Shown here: positions 1 through 9,261 of the stretch, in pieces
Position numbering within the stretch: the first letter of the stretch is position 1
Layout of the letters: each line of letters begins with the position of its first letter
From: Promethearchaeota archaeon
Lineage (GTDB): Archaea > Asgardarchaeota > Lokiarchaeia > Sigyniarchaeales > SOKP01
Assembly: GCA_016926735.1 (NCBI GenBank)
Contig: JAFGOA010000215.1
Span: 20,578-84,577 of the forward strand
DNA length: 64,000 nucleotides
Direction: 5' to 3'
Notes under the pieces: model-generated
Seen by the model: only the letters and a program-made list of their open reading frames with translations
What the model was told of the DNA's origin: nothing
Database searches by the model: none
Translations under genes and position numbers: made by a program

Positions 1-1
1 C

Positions 2-1780
2 ATCAATATAGATACCATTGAGACTATTATTTCTTATTGTATTGTTATATATTATATAATATGTCCCTGATTTGATATTTATTCCTTCTTCTTTATTATT
101 CTCTATAAAATTTCTTTCTATTAATGTAGAATTTCCAGATGACCATGAAGCGATTCCATCTTGGGAATTGAAAGAGAGTGTATTATTGATAATTCTGCAT
201 TTATATTCTGATGAAGCTCCAAATCTAAAAATCGCGCTTTTATAATTATAGCTTAGGTTACAATTCATTATTGTTATATTATTGCAGTAAAATATTGAAA
301 TAGCATCTGAACTATTAGAGATCTCTAGGTCAGTAATAATTGTATTATTACAATTAACTAAAATAATCTGGCCAGGAGCACCGTTTATATTGAAATCAGA
401 AAAACCTAGATTAGTTGTATTATAATAATAATAAATTGCTTTCTCATTAACTCTATTTGATATATCAATATTAAATGAAGTGAGAAGAACTAAATCAATG
501 GTTTGTCTTATTAAAATCCCACAATTAGTCATATTATTATTCTTTATAATATAATTTTGACCATATGTATAGAAATAAATCCCATAACCATTATTCATTA
601 TATTATTGTTAGATATATTACAGAATTTTGATTTGGCATTTAGTACAATTCCCCATCCACAATTAGATACAATATTATTAAAAATTGTACTATTATCAGA
701 AGAGATTTCAATTCCATAATATTCAACTCCTTCTATGGTATTTTCTTCAATAAAACATTTATTACCACTAGAAACTCTAATTCCCCTATCTGTAATATTG
801 TATAAATAATTATTTTTAATTGTAATATTGAAACCATTGGAAACAGAAATACCATTATCATTCACCCAACTTATATTATTATTTTCTATTTCCATATCTT
901 TCCCTTCTAATACTAATCCTCTTTTAACATCATGGATTTCATTATTTCTGATATTTGTATAATTACTTGGTTTAAATATACAAATTCCATCTATATGTGA
1001 TGAATAAATAGTACGTATTGTATAATTATTAATTATTTTATTATTGAAAATACTAGTATTAAGACAAGATATTAGTTCAACTCCATCATCAGCATTGAAG
1101 TTTAAATTATTTTTATCTATATCAATTTTATTACAATATACCGAATGGATACTATCACCATCATCAGTATTAAAATCAAAAAAATTCCCATTATTGGTTA
1201 TATTATTATATTTTAAAGATATATCTTGACTTTCCTCCAAGTAAACCCCGTGATATTCATTATTTTTTATATTATTACTCTCTATAGTTATATTTAGACA
1301 GGTCTTAATATATAATCCATAATAACCATTTTCATTCATTGTTGAATTCTTAATCAATATATTACTACTATCATTTATTTTCACACCCGCATTTCCTTCA
1401 ATAGAACCTGATAAAGAAACACTACAATTTTCAATAATCAAATAAGCATTAGAGTTTACAATTGTTATACAACTTCCTAGACTATCTCCATCTATTATAA
1501 TATCTAAGATTTTATATGGATTACCAACTGTACCTTCTCCAGAACACCACGATTGAGTTTTTGCCCATGTCCAATTTTGAGCTCCTATTCCTGTTGCTGT
1601 ACCATTTATAAATATGGGAGTTTCAAGTATTATTGAGGAGTTTAAATTACTATAATCCCGTTGTTCTCTTTGTATTTCCTTATTTGGGATCATATAAGAT
1701 GTATATGATAATAAAAAGAGAATTATTATAAGAATTGTATATTCCTTATTCCTATTTTTTCTATTTGGAATTATGTTCAT
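2..1780 (-). CDS. Secreted/surface right-handed parallel beta-helix (NosD/CASH-like) repeat protein, 3'-truncated by the window edge
   Basis: Not in the ORF track because it runs off the left edge. ATG at 1780; MNIIPNRKNRNKEYTILIIILFLLSY (signal/anchor), then WAKTQSWCSGEGTVGNPYKI and many N-x-I-x-N...GIYL-type beta-helix turns; still in frame at the edge (..TIRNNSLNGIYID). Confidence 0.8.
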   Translation of the reverse strand, partial: MNIIPNRKNRNKEYTILIIILFLLSYTSYMIPNKEIQREQRDYSNLNSSIILETPIFINGTATGIGAQNWTWAKTQSWCSGEGTVGNPYKILDIIIDGDSLGSCITIVNSNAYLIIENCSVSLSGSIEGNAGVKINDSSNILIKNSTMNENGYYGLYIKTCLNITIESNNIKNNEYHGVYLEESQDISLKYNNITNNGNFFDFNTDDGDSIHSVYCNKIDIDKNNLNFNADDGVELISCLNTSIFNNKIINNYTIRTIYSSHIDGICIFKPSNYTNIRNNEIHDVKRGLVLEGKDMEIENNNISWVNDNGISVSNGFNITIKNNYLYNITDRGIRVSSGNKCFIEENTIEGVEYYGIEISSDNSTIFNNIVSNCGWGIVLNAKSKFCNISNNNIMNNGYGIYFYTYGQNYIIKNNNMTNCGILIRQTIDLVLLTSFNIDISNRVNEKAIYYYYNTTNLGFSDFNINGAPGQIILVNCNNTIITDLEISNSSDAISIFYCNNITIMNCNLSYNYKSAIFRFGASSEYKCRIINNTLSFNSQDGIASWSSGNSTLIERNFIENNKEEGINIKSGTYYIIYNNTIRNNSLNGIYID

Positions 1781-1797
1781 TTTAATCTAACCTCTTT

Positions 1798-2205
1798 TTA
1801 TTCTTTTTTACAAATATAATATAGAATTTTATTATTCACATCTAATTTTTTTAAATATTGATATTTTTTTAAAATGGTAAGATGCCAGATAATTTTGCTT
1901 TTTTTTATTTTAAAATAGTTAGTTAATTCTTCAATTGATTTACCAGGATTCTTTTCTAAATATTTTAGTATCTTTAATCTTAGAGATAAATCGATAATCT
2001 CATGATTTCTTAATATTGGTGCCACAGTAAATATATTTTCCTTAATCATTTGTTTAAATAAACGTTCTATTTCATTTTTATTTATATTTTTTATTATTTC
2101 TTCGTCATTATATATTTCTTTAATTATTTGTTGCATTTTTGTTTTTTTTTTTAATCTTATTATTGTATCGATTTTATTTCTTATTTCTTTTTCAATTGGA
2201 ATCAA
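1798..2205 (-). CDS. Winged helix-turn-helix protein
   Basis: ILKYLEKNPGKSIEELTNYF..IIWHLTILKKYQYL; same wHTH family as 2355, 24641 and the C-termini of 42922/45264. Confidence 0.75.
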   Translation of the reverse strand: MIPIEKEIRNKIDTIIRLKKKTKMQQIIKEIYNDEEIIKNINKNEIERLFKQMIKENIFTVAPILRNHEIIDLSLRLKILKYLEKNPGKSIEELTNYFKIKKSKIIWHLTILKKYQYLKKLDVNNKILYYICKKE

Positions 2206-2354
2206 TACAATTCACTTAATTTAGATCTTTAAAATATATTTGATATAACTATAATAACAATAAATTTAATAGAATTTAAAGAGCCTTGGACTAAAAGTGA
2301 AATTATTAATATTGATTTAAATTATTTTTTCCTCCCTAATCATTTTTATTTATC

Positions 2355-3005
2355 CTAAAAAGGATCTTTGTAAAATTTATATCTTTTTTTTTTTTCCCCA
2401 TTAACCTTCTTTATTAAATTCAATTCTACTAATTGATTTAAATATTTTTTTAATGTAGAATAATGAATCGATAATAATTCTGATAAAACTGTTGGTCTTA
2501 AGGGTGTACCTTTATTTTTTAATAAATTAATAATAGACCTTATTTTCTCATTTTTTAGGATTATATATAAAATATCATCCTTTGGAGTAGATTCAAATCT
2601 AAATATGTTTTTTTGACTTTGATACTTTACAATACGAATAAATTGAAAATGTTCCATAATTTTTAGGTGCCAGAAAATACTATTACTCCCAATACTGAAT
2701 TCTTTTTTGATATCATTAATATTAGCTCCTGGATTATTTTTTATATATTCATAAATATTTCTTCGAATGGGTAATTCTAATACATCGTCCTTTACTAATC
2801 TAATTCCTATGACTATTTTTTTTTTTTTTACCAGATTTTTTACAATTATTTCAATTTTGTTTCTATTAAAATTATCATTTGATTTTAAACGATAAGTTAT
2901 AAAATTAATTATATCAATCAAGTTGTTAATTGTTTTTTTTTTAATATATTCCTTTATAATTTTATAAACAATTTGTTCGTCTTTATCAAATAACTCTTTT
3001 TTCAT
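2355..3005 (-). CDS. Double winged-helix transcriptional regulator
   Basis: RRNIYEYIKNNPGANINDI..IFWHLKIME plus a second HTH RPTVLSELLSIHYSTLKKYLNQLVELNLI. Confidence 0.8.
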   Translation of the reverse strand: MKKELFDKDEQIVYKIIKEYIKKKTINNLIDIINFITYRLKSNDNFNRNKIEIIVKNLVKKKKIVIGIRLVKDDVLELPIRRNIYEYIKNNPGANINDIKKEFSIGSNSIFWHLKIMEHFQFIRIVKYQSQKNIFRFESTPKDDILYIILKNEKIRSIINLLKNKGTPLRPTVLSELLSIHYSTLKKYLNQLVELNLIKKVNGEKKKRYKFYKDPF

Positions 3006-3192
3006 TTTATAAAAAAATTTAACTTTAGTTTATTGAGTTTTATCTATCTAAATTATTATTTTTTAAAAATATTCTATATTAATTTTTATTAAATTAAAGT
3101 AAAAATCTATTAAGTTTTTTTAATTAGATACAATCATAAATAGGATTATAATTACAAATAGAAATTTCTAAATATTAAATAATTTTTCAAAA

Positions 3193-3975
3193 ATGCATCT
3201 AATTTCAATAAAATTACCTCTAATCAAACAAAATGATCTTTTATTAGATATTTTGGTTAAAAATTTAAAAAAAGATAATGAATCAATCAATGAAGGAGAT
3301 GTTCTTGTAATTTCTGAGAAAGTTGTAGCTACTTCTCAAGGTAGAATTATGACTCTTTCTAAGGTTAATAAAATTTCTGAAAAAGCGAAGATTTTATCAA
3401 AAAAATATGATATGGATGAACGTTTTGTTGAGTTGATACTTCAAGAATCTAAAATGATACTGGGAGGTATGGAGCATGTTATTTTGACAAAAGTTGATGA
3501 TTTCCTTATAGCTAATTCTGGAATAGATCAATCAAATGCAGGAGAAGGAAATGTTGTATTGTTGCCAAAAAATTTAAAAGAAACAACATGGAATTTATAT
3601 GAAGAAATTAAAAAATTGTTTAAAATCAATAATTTTGGCATAATCATTGCAGATTCAAGAGTCCAACCATTAAGAAAAGGGACAATTGGAATAGCAATAT
3701 CATCAGCTGGATTTGAACCTATAGAAGATATGAGAGGAAAACCCGATCTTTTTGGAAGACCATTACAAATCACATTAAGAGCTGTAGCAGATGATTTAGC
3801 AAGCGCAGCTCAATTTATGCTGAATGAAGGAAATCAACAAACCCCTGTAGTAATAATAAGAGGAGCTAATCTTAAGTTTACGGAAAATCCAAAATCCTCT
3901 CCTAAATTAGAACCGGAAAAATGTTTGTATATGAATATTTTCTCTAAATATCTTCTAAAGAAAAAAAAAGAATAA
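3193..3975 (+). CDS. cofE: Coenzyme F420-0:L-glutamate ligase
   Basis: LPLIK..DL, GDVLVISEKVVATSQGR, ANSGIDQSN, IIADS..PLRKG, DLFGRPL, ADDLASAA, TPVVIIRG motifs. Confidence 0.93.
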   Translation: MHLISIKLPLIKQNDLLLDILVKNLKKDNESINEGDVLVISEKVVATSQGRIMTLSKVNKISEKAKILSKKYDMDERFVELILQESKMILGGMEHVILTKVDDFLIANSGIDQSNAGEGNVVLLPKNLKETTWNLYEEIKKLFKINNFGIIIADSRVQPLRKGTIGIAISSAGFEPIEDMRGKPDLFGRPLQITLRAVADDLASAAQFMLNEGNQQTPVVIIRGANLKFTENPKSSPKLEPEKCLYMNIFSKYLLKKKKE

Positions 3976-4001
3976 TATAAAGTATAACACATAATTTTGA
4001 A

Positions 4002-4889
4002 TTATTTAATATGATAAATTTTATTAAGTTCAGTAATAAATCTATTAGATGGTTTATATCTTTCCAAGCCTTTTATTAATTTTTCTTTCCAATCAATTAA
4101 ATTAATTTTTATATTCATTGTTCCTAAAAAAGAATTAATATATAAAGGGTTTTTAAGAATTGCTTTACCAATCATAATTCCTAATATTGTATTTTTCCAT
4201 TTTTTAATTTCAATATTTTGAAATTGAGATTGAATCTTATAAACATCATCAATAGTACTTATTCCTCCATTAATAATTATTTTATATTCACAATTTAGGA
4301 TATCTTCTAAATATTCCCAATGAGGTCTAGAATCTGAATTTTGGCGGGCATGTCGAAAATGAATGATTGTTGGTGCTATCCTATCATCATCTAATTTTTC
4401 AATTTCTTCTAATAACTGTAGTACTTTTTTATATTTCATTTCTTGTTGATTTATACCTAATCGCATTTTACAGCTGATTTTAATAAAATCTATATTTGAG
4501 GAGTTTAAAAAGGTATTAAATAAATTTATAAGTCTTTTTGTTCGCTTTATTAAGGCCGCTCCATCGCCTGCTCTAATTATATCTGGTTCTGGGCAACAAG
4601 CATTTATATTTACACCATATATAAATTTTCTTTTAGGATAATTATAACAAAAGTCTACAATGAATTTAGGTAATGCTTTCATATCCGAAAGACTATGAGT
4701 TAAAATTTGTAACCATTGATTTTGATTGGGAATTTCATATGTATCTATTAATTCTAATGCCTTTTCTTTTTGATATAGCAAAGAATTAAGATTTAGCATT
4801 TCTGTATAACTATCTGAGATATAACTAAAGGAATTCCTAAAAGCCCAACATGTAATATTTTTCATTGGCGCTAAGTAAATATGTTGCAT
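4002..4889 (-). CDS. tRNA-dihydrouridine synthase (Dus)-family flavoprotein
   Basis: LAPM..IT..AFR, YTEM, NINACCP (catalytic Cys), GDGAAL, KMRLG, IINGGI, GIMIGKA..NP. Confidence 0.85.
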   Translation of the reverse strand: MQHIYLAPMKNITCWAFRNSFSYISDSYTEMLNLNSLLYQKEKALELIDTYEIPNQNQWLQILTHSLSDMKALPKFIVDFCYNYPKRKFIYGVNINACCPEPDIIRAGDGAALIKRTKRLINLFNTFLNSSNIDFIKISCKMRLGINQQEMKYKKVLQLLEEIEKLDDDRIAPTIIHFRHARQNSDSRPHWEYLEDILNCEYKIIINGGISTIDDVYKIQSQFQNIEIKKWKNTILGIMIGKAILKNPLYINSFLGTMNIKINLIDWKEKLIKGLERYKPSNRFITELNKIYHIK

Positions 4890-5056
4890 ACAAACTCTCT
4901 AATATAGTTTCCTCTTTAGTTTTAAATGTGAAAATTCCTAAAAATATTATCTTTTATTTTTAAAAAAGAAATAGTATTATGTATACAAAGTTTTATAGAT
5001 TTTTAAAAATTAGAAAATTTAAAGAAATTTAAAAAACCTTTTTTAGATTTAAAACA

Positions 5057-6532
5057 ATGAAAATCACGGATTTCATGGCTTATGAGCTAATAGAACAAAT
5101 AAAAAACAAGGAATTAAAAATAATCGATATTATCCAACAAACTTATGAAAATATTGAGAAAGTTGAAAATTCTGTCCATTCTTTTGTTAGTTTATCGAAA
5201 GAAAAAGCAATTGAAAAAGCTAAAAATTTAGATAAACAAATTGAAAATAAAAAGCTAAAAGGAAAATTATTTGGTTTACCAATTGCAATTAAAGATTTAA
5301 TCTGTATTAAGGATAGTCCTACAACTTGCTGTTCTAAAATTCTTAAAGATTTTAAACCCCCTTATAATGCAACAATAATAGAAAGACTGTTAAATAATGA
5401 AAATGCTATTTGTGTTGGAAGGACCAATATGGATGAATTTGCTATGGGTAGTTCAACTGAAAATAGTTGTTATGGCCCCAGTTATAATCCATGGGATCTT
5501 GTAAGAGTTCCTGGAGGTTCTAGCGGAGGATCTGCTACCTCCGTTTCTTCCGGTCAGGTATTGTTTTCAATAGGTACAGATACCGGAGGAAGTATTAGAT
5601 GTCCTGCTTCTTATTGTGGAGTTGTTGGTCTGAAACCTACATATGGAAGAGTCTCTCGTTATGGTCTAATTTCCTATGCGAATTCTCTGGATGTAATTGG
5701 ACCTATAACTCATTGTGTTAAAGATACCGCTTTATTATTAGAAGTAATTGCTGGTAAAGATCCTCTAGATTCTACCTCTTTTGATATAAAAGTTGATGAT
5801 TATTCTCAAAATCTTGATCAATCAATCGAAAATAAAATACTTGGTGTTCCTAAAGAATTTTTCGGAGATGGAATTCAACCAAATGTAAAAAATAAGATTA
5901 ATGATACTATTAAATTGTCAGAGAAACTAGGAGCGGAAATAAAAGAGATAACTCTTCCTCATTTAGAATATACGATTCCCACCTATTATTTAATAGCGAT
6001 GAGTGAAGCTAGCTCGAATTTGGCTCGATTTGATGGATTGAGATATGGAGAAATGTATGATAATCCACAAAATGATGTTTTTGAAATTTTTAGTAAAACT
6101 AGAGGAGAAAAATTTGGAGAAGAAGTAAGACGTAGAATTATTTTAGGGACGTATACCTTATCCGCTGGATATTATGATATGTTTTATATAAAAGCTCTTA
6201 AAATAAGAACATTAATTAAACAAGATTTCAAAAATGCTTTTACTCAATGTGATGCAATTGTCTGTCCTACTATGCCAACAACAGCTTTCAAAATTGGAGA
6301 ATTAATAGATGATCCATTACAAATGTATTTAATGGATACTCTAACATGTCCTGTTAATTTGGCGGGATTGCCTGCATTATCTATACCATGTGGTTTTGAT
6401 AATAATAATTTACCAATTGGATTTCAGATCATTGGAAATTATTTTGATGAAAAGATGATTTTAAATATTGGATATTTAATTGAGAAAAAGTTAGATATTT
6501 ATAGAAAAATACCTCCATTATTAAAAAAATAG
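5057..6532 (+). CDS. gatA: Asp/Glu-tRNA amidotransferase subunit A
   Basis: GLPIAIKD, TNMDEFAMGSS, PGGSSGGSA, GTDTGGSIR amidase signature; SSNLARFDG, RRRIILGTY. Confidence 0.97.
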   Translation: MKITDFMAYELIEQIKNKELKIIDIIQQTYENIEKVENSVHSFVSLSKEKAIEKAKNLDKQIENKKLKGKLFGLPIAIKDLICIKDSPTTCCSKILKDFKPPYNATIIERLLNNENAICVGRTNMDEFAMGSSTENSCYGPSYNPWDLVRVPGGSSGGSATSVSSGQVLFSIGTDTGGSIRCPASYCGVVGLKPTYGRVSRYGLISYANSLDVIGPITHCVKDTALLLEVIAGKDPLDSTSFDIKVDDYSQNLDQSIENKILGVPKEFFGDGIQPNVKNKINDTIKLSEKLGAEIKEITLPHLEYTIPTYYLIAMSEASSNLARFDGLRYGEMYDNPQNDVFEIFSKTRGEKFGEEVRRRIILGTYTLSAGYYDMFYIKALKIRTLIKQDFKNAFTQCDAIVCPTMPTTAFKIGELIDDPLQMYLMDTLTCPVNLAGLPALSIPCGFDNNNLPIGFQIIGNYFDEKMILNIGYLIEKKLDIYRKIPPLLKK

Positions 6533-6568
6533 ACTTTAGTGATAATAGAATTCACGAGATAATTATTT

Positions 6569-6901
6569 TTAACAGCAACATTTTTTATCAGTATTTTTTC
6601 TCTTATTACTAGCTCTTTGTCTTGCATCCCATAAACAACCACATCCTTTTTCTTCAACTAACAGTATTGCTTGTTCAGGACAATTTCTTTCACAAGCACT
6701 ACATTGTATACACAACTCAGGTTTATATATTTCATATTTATTGTTTAAATTGATTTTTGGAAGTCCAAATGGGCATATATCAGCACATAAACCGCAACCA
6801 ATACATTTAGATTGATTAATTGTTATTTTTATATTTATTAAATTTAAAATTTGTTTAGTTGTATTGGAATTACAACATGATGATTTTTCAGTCTCAGACA
6901 T
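6569..6901 (-). CDS. hgcB: HgcB-like 2[4Fe-4S] ferredoxin with C-terminal Cys cluster
   Basis: CIGCGLCADICP and CIQCSACERNCP, then KGCGC and terminal KKCCC; directly downstream of the hgcA-like gene. Confidence 0.82.
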   Translation of the reverse strand: MSETEKSSCCNSNTTKQILNLINIKITINQSKCIGCGLCADICPFGLPKINLNNKYEIYKPELCIQCSACERNCPEQAILLVEEKGCGCLWDARQRASNKRKNTDKKCCC

Positions 6902-6931
6902 TATTATTGTTTACCTCATATAATATAATGA

Positions 6932-8587
6932 TTAATAGTAAAATAAACTTATAGATGATAAAATTAAGGTAATTATCATAAGAATAATATTGATTTTTTT
7001 AAATATAGGATATTCAGATTGAATTTCTTTAGGATTTGTAGACATTGTGGATCCACTAAATGACATTGTAGAAAAGAAAGATATCCAGAAAAAAAGAGGA
7101 AGATTGAATAAAAGAAACTCTAAGGAGTTATGCATATAAAATATTAAAAATATCATTAAAATCATATTAATTAATCCAAAAAAAATACCTTTTATGATGA
7201 AATTTCGAGTAAATTCTGATAACGGATAAATTAGAATTAGTAATAAATTAGATAACACTAATGCACTAATAAAATCGATTATTAATAGTATCATGCTAAA
7301 ACCTAATAAGATACTAGTAATTAAATTCAAGAATAATAATCCAATTATTGGCAAAATAAATATCTTCCTCATCAAGAAAGATATATGCGATAAACCAGCT
7401 CTTATGCGATGATATAAAGTAAATTTAATTCTCTTCATTTTTTCTGTCTTTTTTTTTTCCATTAAGTATTGTTTTAAATATTTAGACCATATAGGTCCGT
7501 ATTTAACTTTATATGGAAATGTTTCTGAATTTTTAGGTAATTTAGGTAAAGCAATACCACCAGCAGATAATTGAGGAAGGATTAATTCTTTAGTTTTAAC
7601 ATAATTATGAAGTCCAGTTGCTTCCAGTGCCTCTAAGAGTTGTTTATTTTCAAAATCATCTCCTCGAGCAGCACACCAAACATTAATTCCATTTGAATCA
7701 ATACATAAAACCCATGCGTCAATACCTTTTAAATCTCGCATTAATTTTATATATGTAAATTCATAATTTCCTGTTACAATTATAGGTGAGTTTTCATTTG
7801 GCTCTCCCGATTTATATAAACCAGGTTCTTTTGGAACTTTATCCATTTGACCTGTGAATATACAACGATAGATCCTTAATTGAGCTCTAATACCCTTGAA
7901 GTTTTTTTGAGATGGTCTATAAAACCCAGGCAAATTTTCTTTTATATTTATTTTTTTTAGTTCAATAACTTGAATTGATCCATGATTCCATACTTTTTTT
8001 TCTATTATTTTGAATCCAATTGGTTCGAGATATTTAAAAAAATGTTTTAATATATAGGTTCCTTTCAATCTCAAACGTTTTAATTTTTTCTTAAACCACC
8101 ATCTGTTTAATTTAAATAATACATTCCAAAATCCTTTTGGTTGAAATTCCGCAGCTATCAAAATTCTCCCATTATTTTTCAATAAATCCCAACAATTTTT
8201 TAAGAAAATTTGTTGTTCAAATGGACGTAATTCTGATAACATAAAAGTACTAACAATAACATCCTGAGAATTAGGATCTATTGATAGTTGATTATATGTT
8301 CCCAGCCTATATTTTAAATTTTCATATTGATTGGGATTATAATTATTTTTAGCATATTCAATCATTTTTGGATTAATATCATATGCTATTATATTATTTG
8401 CTTTATTTGCTATTTTTCTTGCTAGTGTTCCAGGTCCACATCCTATCTCTATGATATTATCTTGAGGTTTTATTCTTTTTAAAATCCAATTGTAAATTTC
8501 AATGTTGACTTGTTTTGTTAATTTAGTAAAATTTCTTTCATATTCTCTGGGTTCTTCTTCTAATTTCTTCATATAAGTTACAGCCAA
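6932..8587 (-). CDS. hgcA: Fusion of class I SAM methyltransferase and HgcA-like corrinoid/membrane protein
   Basis: N-terminal ~210 aa has IIEIGCGPG and DINPKM. Then PGLYKSG.P..SPIIVTGNY, cap helix GINVWCAARG (nt 7661-7684), LILPQL..GG, YGP, 4-5 TM helices and FSGST near the C-terminus. TTG start. Confidence 0.85.
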   Translation of the reverse strand: MAVTYMKKLEEEPREYERNFTKLTKQVNIEIYNWILKRIKPQDNIIEIGCGPGTLARKIANKANNIIAYDINPKMIEYAKNNYNPNQYENLKYRLGTYNQLSIDPNSQDVIVSTFMLSELRPFEQQIFLKNCWDLLKNNGRILIAAEFQPKGFWNVLFKLNRWWFKKKLKRLRLKGTYILKHFFKYLEPIGFKIIEKKVWNHGSIQVIELKKINIKENLPGFYRPSQKNFKGIRAQLRIYRCIFTGQMDKVPKEPGLYKSGEPNENSPIIVTGNYEFTYIKLMRDLKGIDAWVLCIDSNGINVWCAARGDDFENKQLLEALEATGLHNYVKTKELILPQLSAGGIALPKLPKNSETFPYKVKYGPIWSKYLKQYLMEKKKTEKMKRIKFTLYHRIRAGLSHISFLMRKIFILPIIGLLFLNLITSILLGFSMILLIIDFISALVLSNLLLILIYPLSEFTRNFIIKGIFFGLINMILMIFLIFYMHNSLEFLLFNLPLFFWISFFSTMSFSGSTMSTNPKEIQSEYPIFKKINIILMIITLILSSISLFYY

Positions 8588-8646
8588 ATCTTATAAAACC
8601 TCTTATCAATTTCTAATAAATATTTTTTTTGAAATAAAAAAAAGTA

Positions 8647-8676
8647 TATTCAAATAAAAATATTTGGATTTGAATA
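8647..8676. promoter_or_regulatory. Candidate ArsR operator in the divergent hgcA-like/arsR promoter
   Basis: Perfect 9-bp inverted repeat TATTCAAAT-N12-ATTTGAATA overlapping an imperfect ATTCAAATA-N4-TATTTGGAT. Confidence 0.5.
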
Positions 8677-8723
8677 AATCTTTTTAAATTAAAGTAAATT
8701 ATTATGAATATAGAAATAATTAA

Positions 8724-9146
8724 ATGGTATATCTGATATTCATGAACACTCCTCGTCAAGAAAAAATTAAGGATATGATTTGTAATATAGAGCAATGTAA
8801 AGATATAGATAATTTCTTTGATAATTTAAGAATCTTAGGAAAAAAACTAAAAACTAATGAATTTATTAATAATCAAATTAAAATATTGAATATTTTTGCC
8901 AATAAAGAGAGATTAATGATTATCTATTCATTAATGGAGAAAGATCGTTGTGTCTGTGAACTAGAAGCAATATTGGATAAATCTCAACCTTCGATTTCGC
9001 ATCATCTAAAGAGGTTAGAGGATGTAAATCTTATTAGAGGTTGGAAGAAAAGTAAATTTACATATTACAGTCTTAATAAATCTCAATTAAAATCTTATAT
9101 TAATGATTATATATCATTTTTTGATTATGGTAAGGTAATACTTTAA
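8724..9146 (+). CDS. arsR: ArsR/SmtB metalloregulator (start may be ATG 8742)
   Basis: FANKERLMI, DRCVCELE (alpha3 Cys metal site), SQPSISHHLKRL, YYSL; extra N-terminal Cys pair. Confidence 0.9.
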   Translation: MVYLIFMNTPRQEKIKDMICNIEQCKDIDNFFDNLRILGKKLKTNEFINNQIKILNIFANKERLMIIYSLMEKDRCVCELEAILDKSQPSISHHLKRLEDVNLIRGWKKSKFTYYSLNKSQLKSYINDYISFFDYGKVIL

Positions 9147-9261
9147 GATTTTTTATAATTCTATTTAAAAAATCCACAAAATATACTTTTTTACAACTAG
9201 GTATTAAATTTAAATACAATGTAAATTTCTTTTGAGATTAAATATGTATGAGTAGATCAGA

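Noticed and set aside
1044-1229. 61-aa + strand ORF
   Set aside because: Antisense shadow of the beta-helix gene (2-1780).
2384-2829. Long T runs (T12 at 2384, T14 at 2816) as phase-variation tracts
   Set aside because: They encode poly-Lys in frame, and such runs are common across this AT-rich window.
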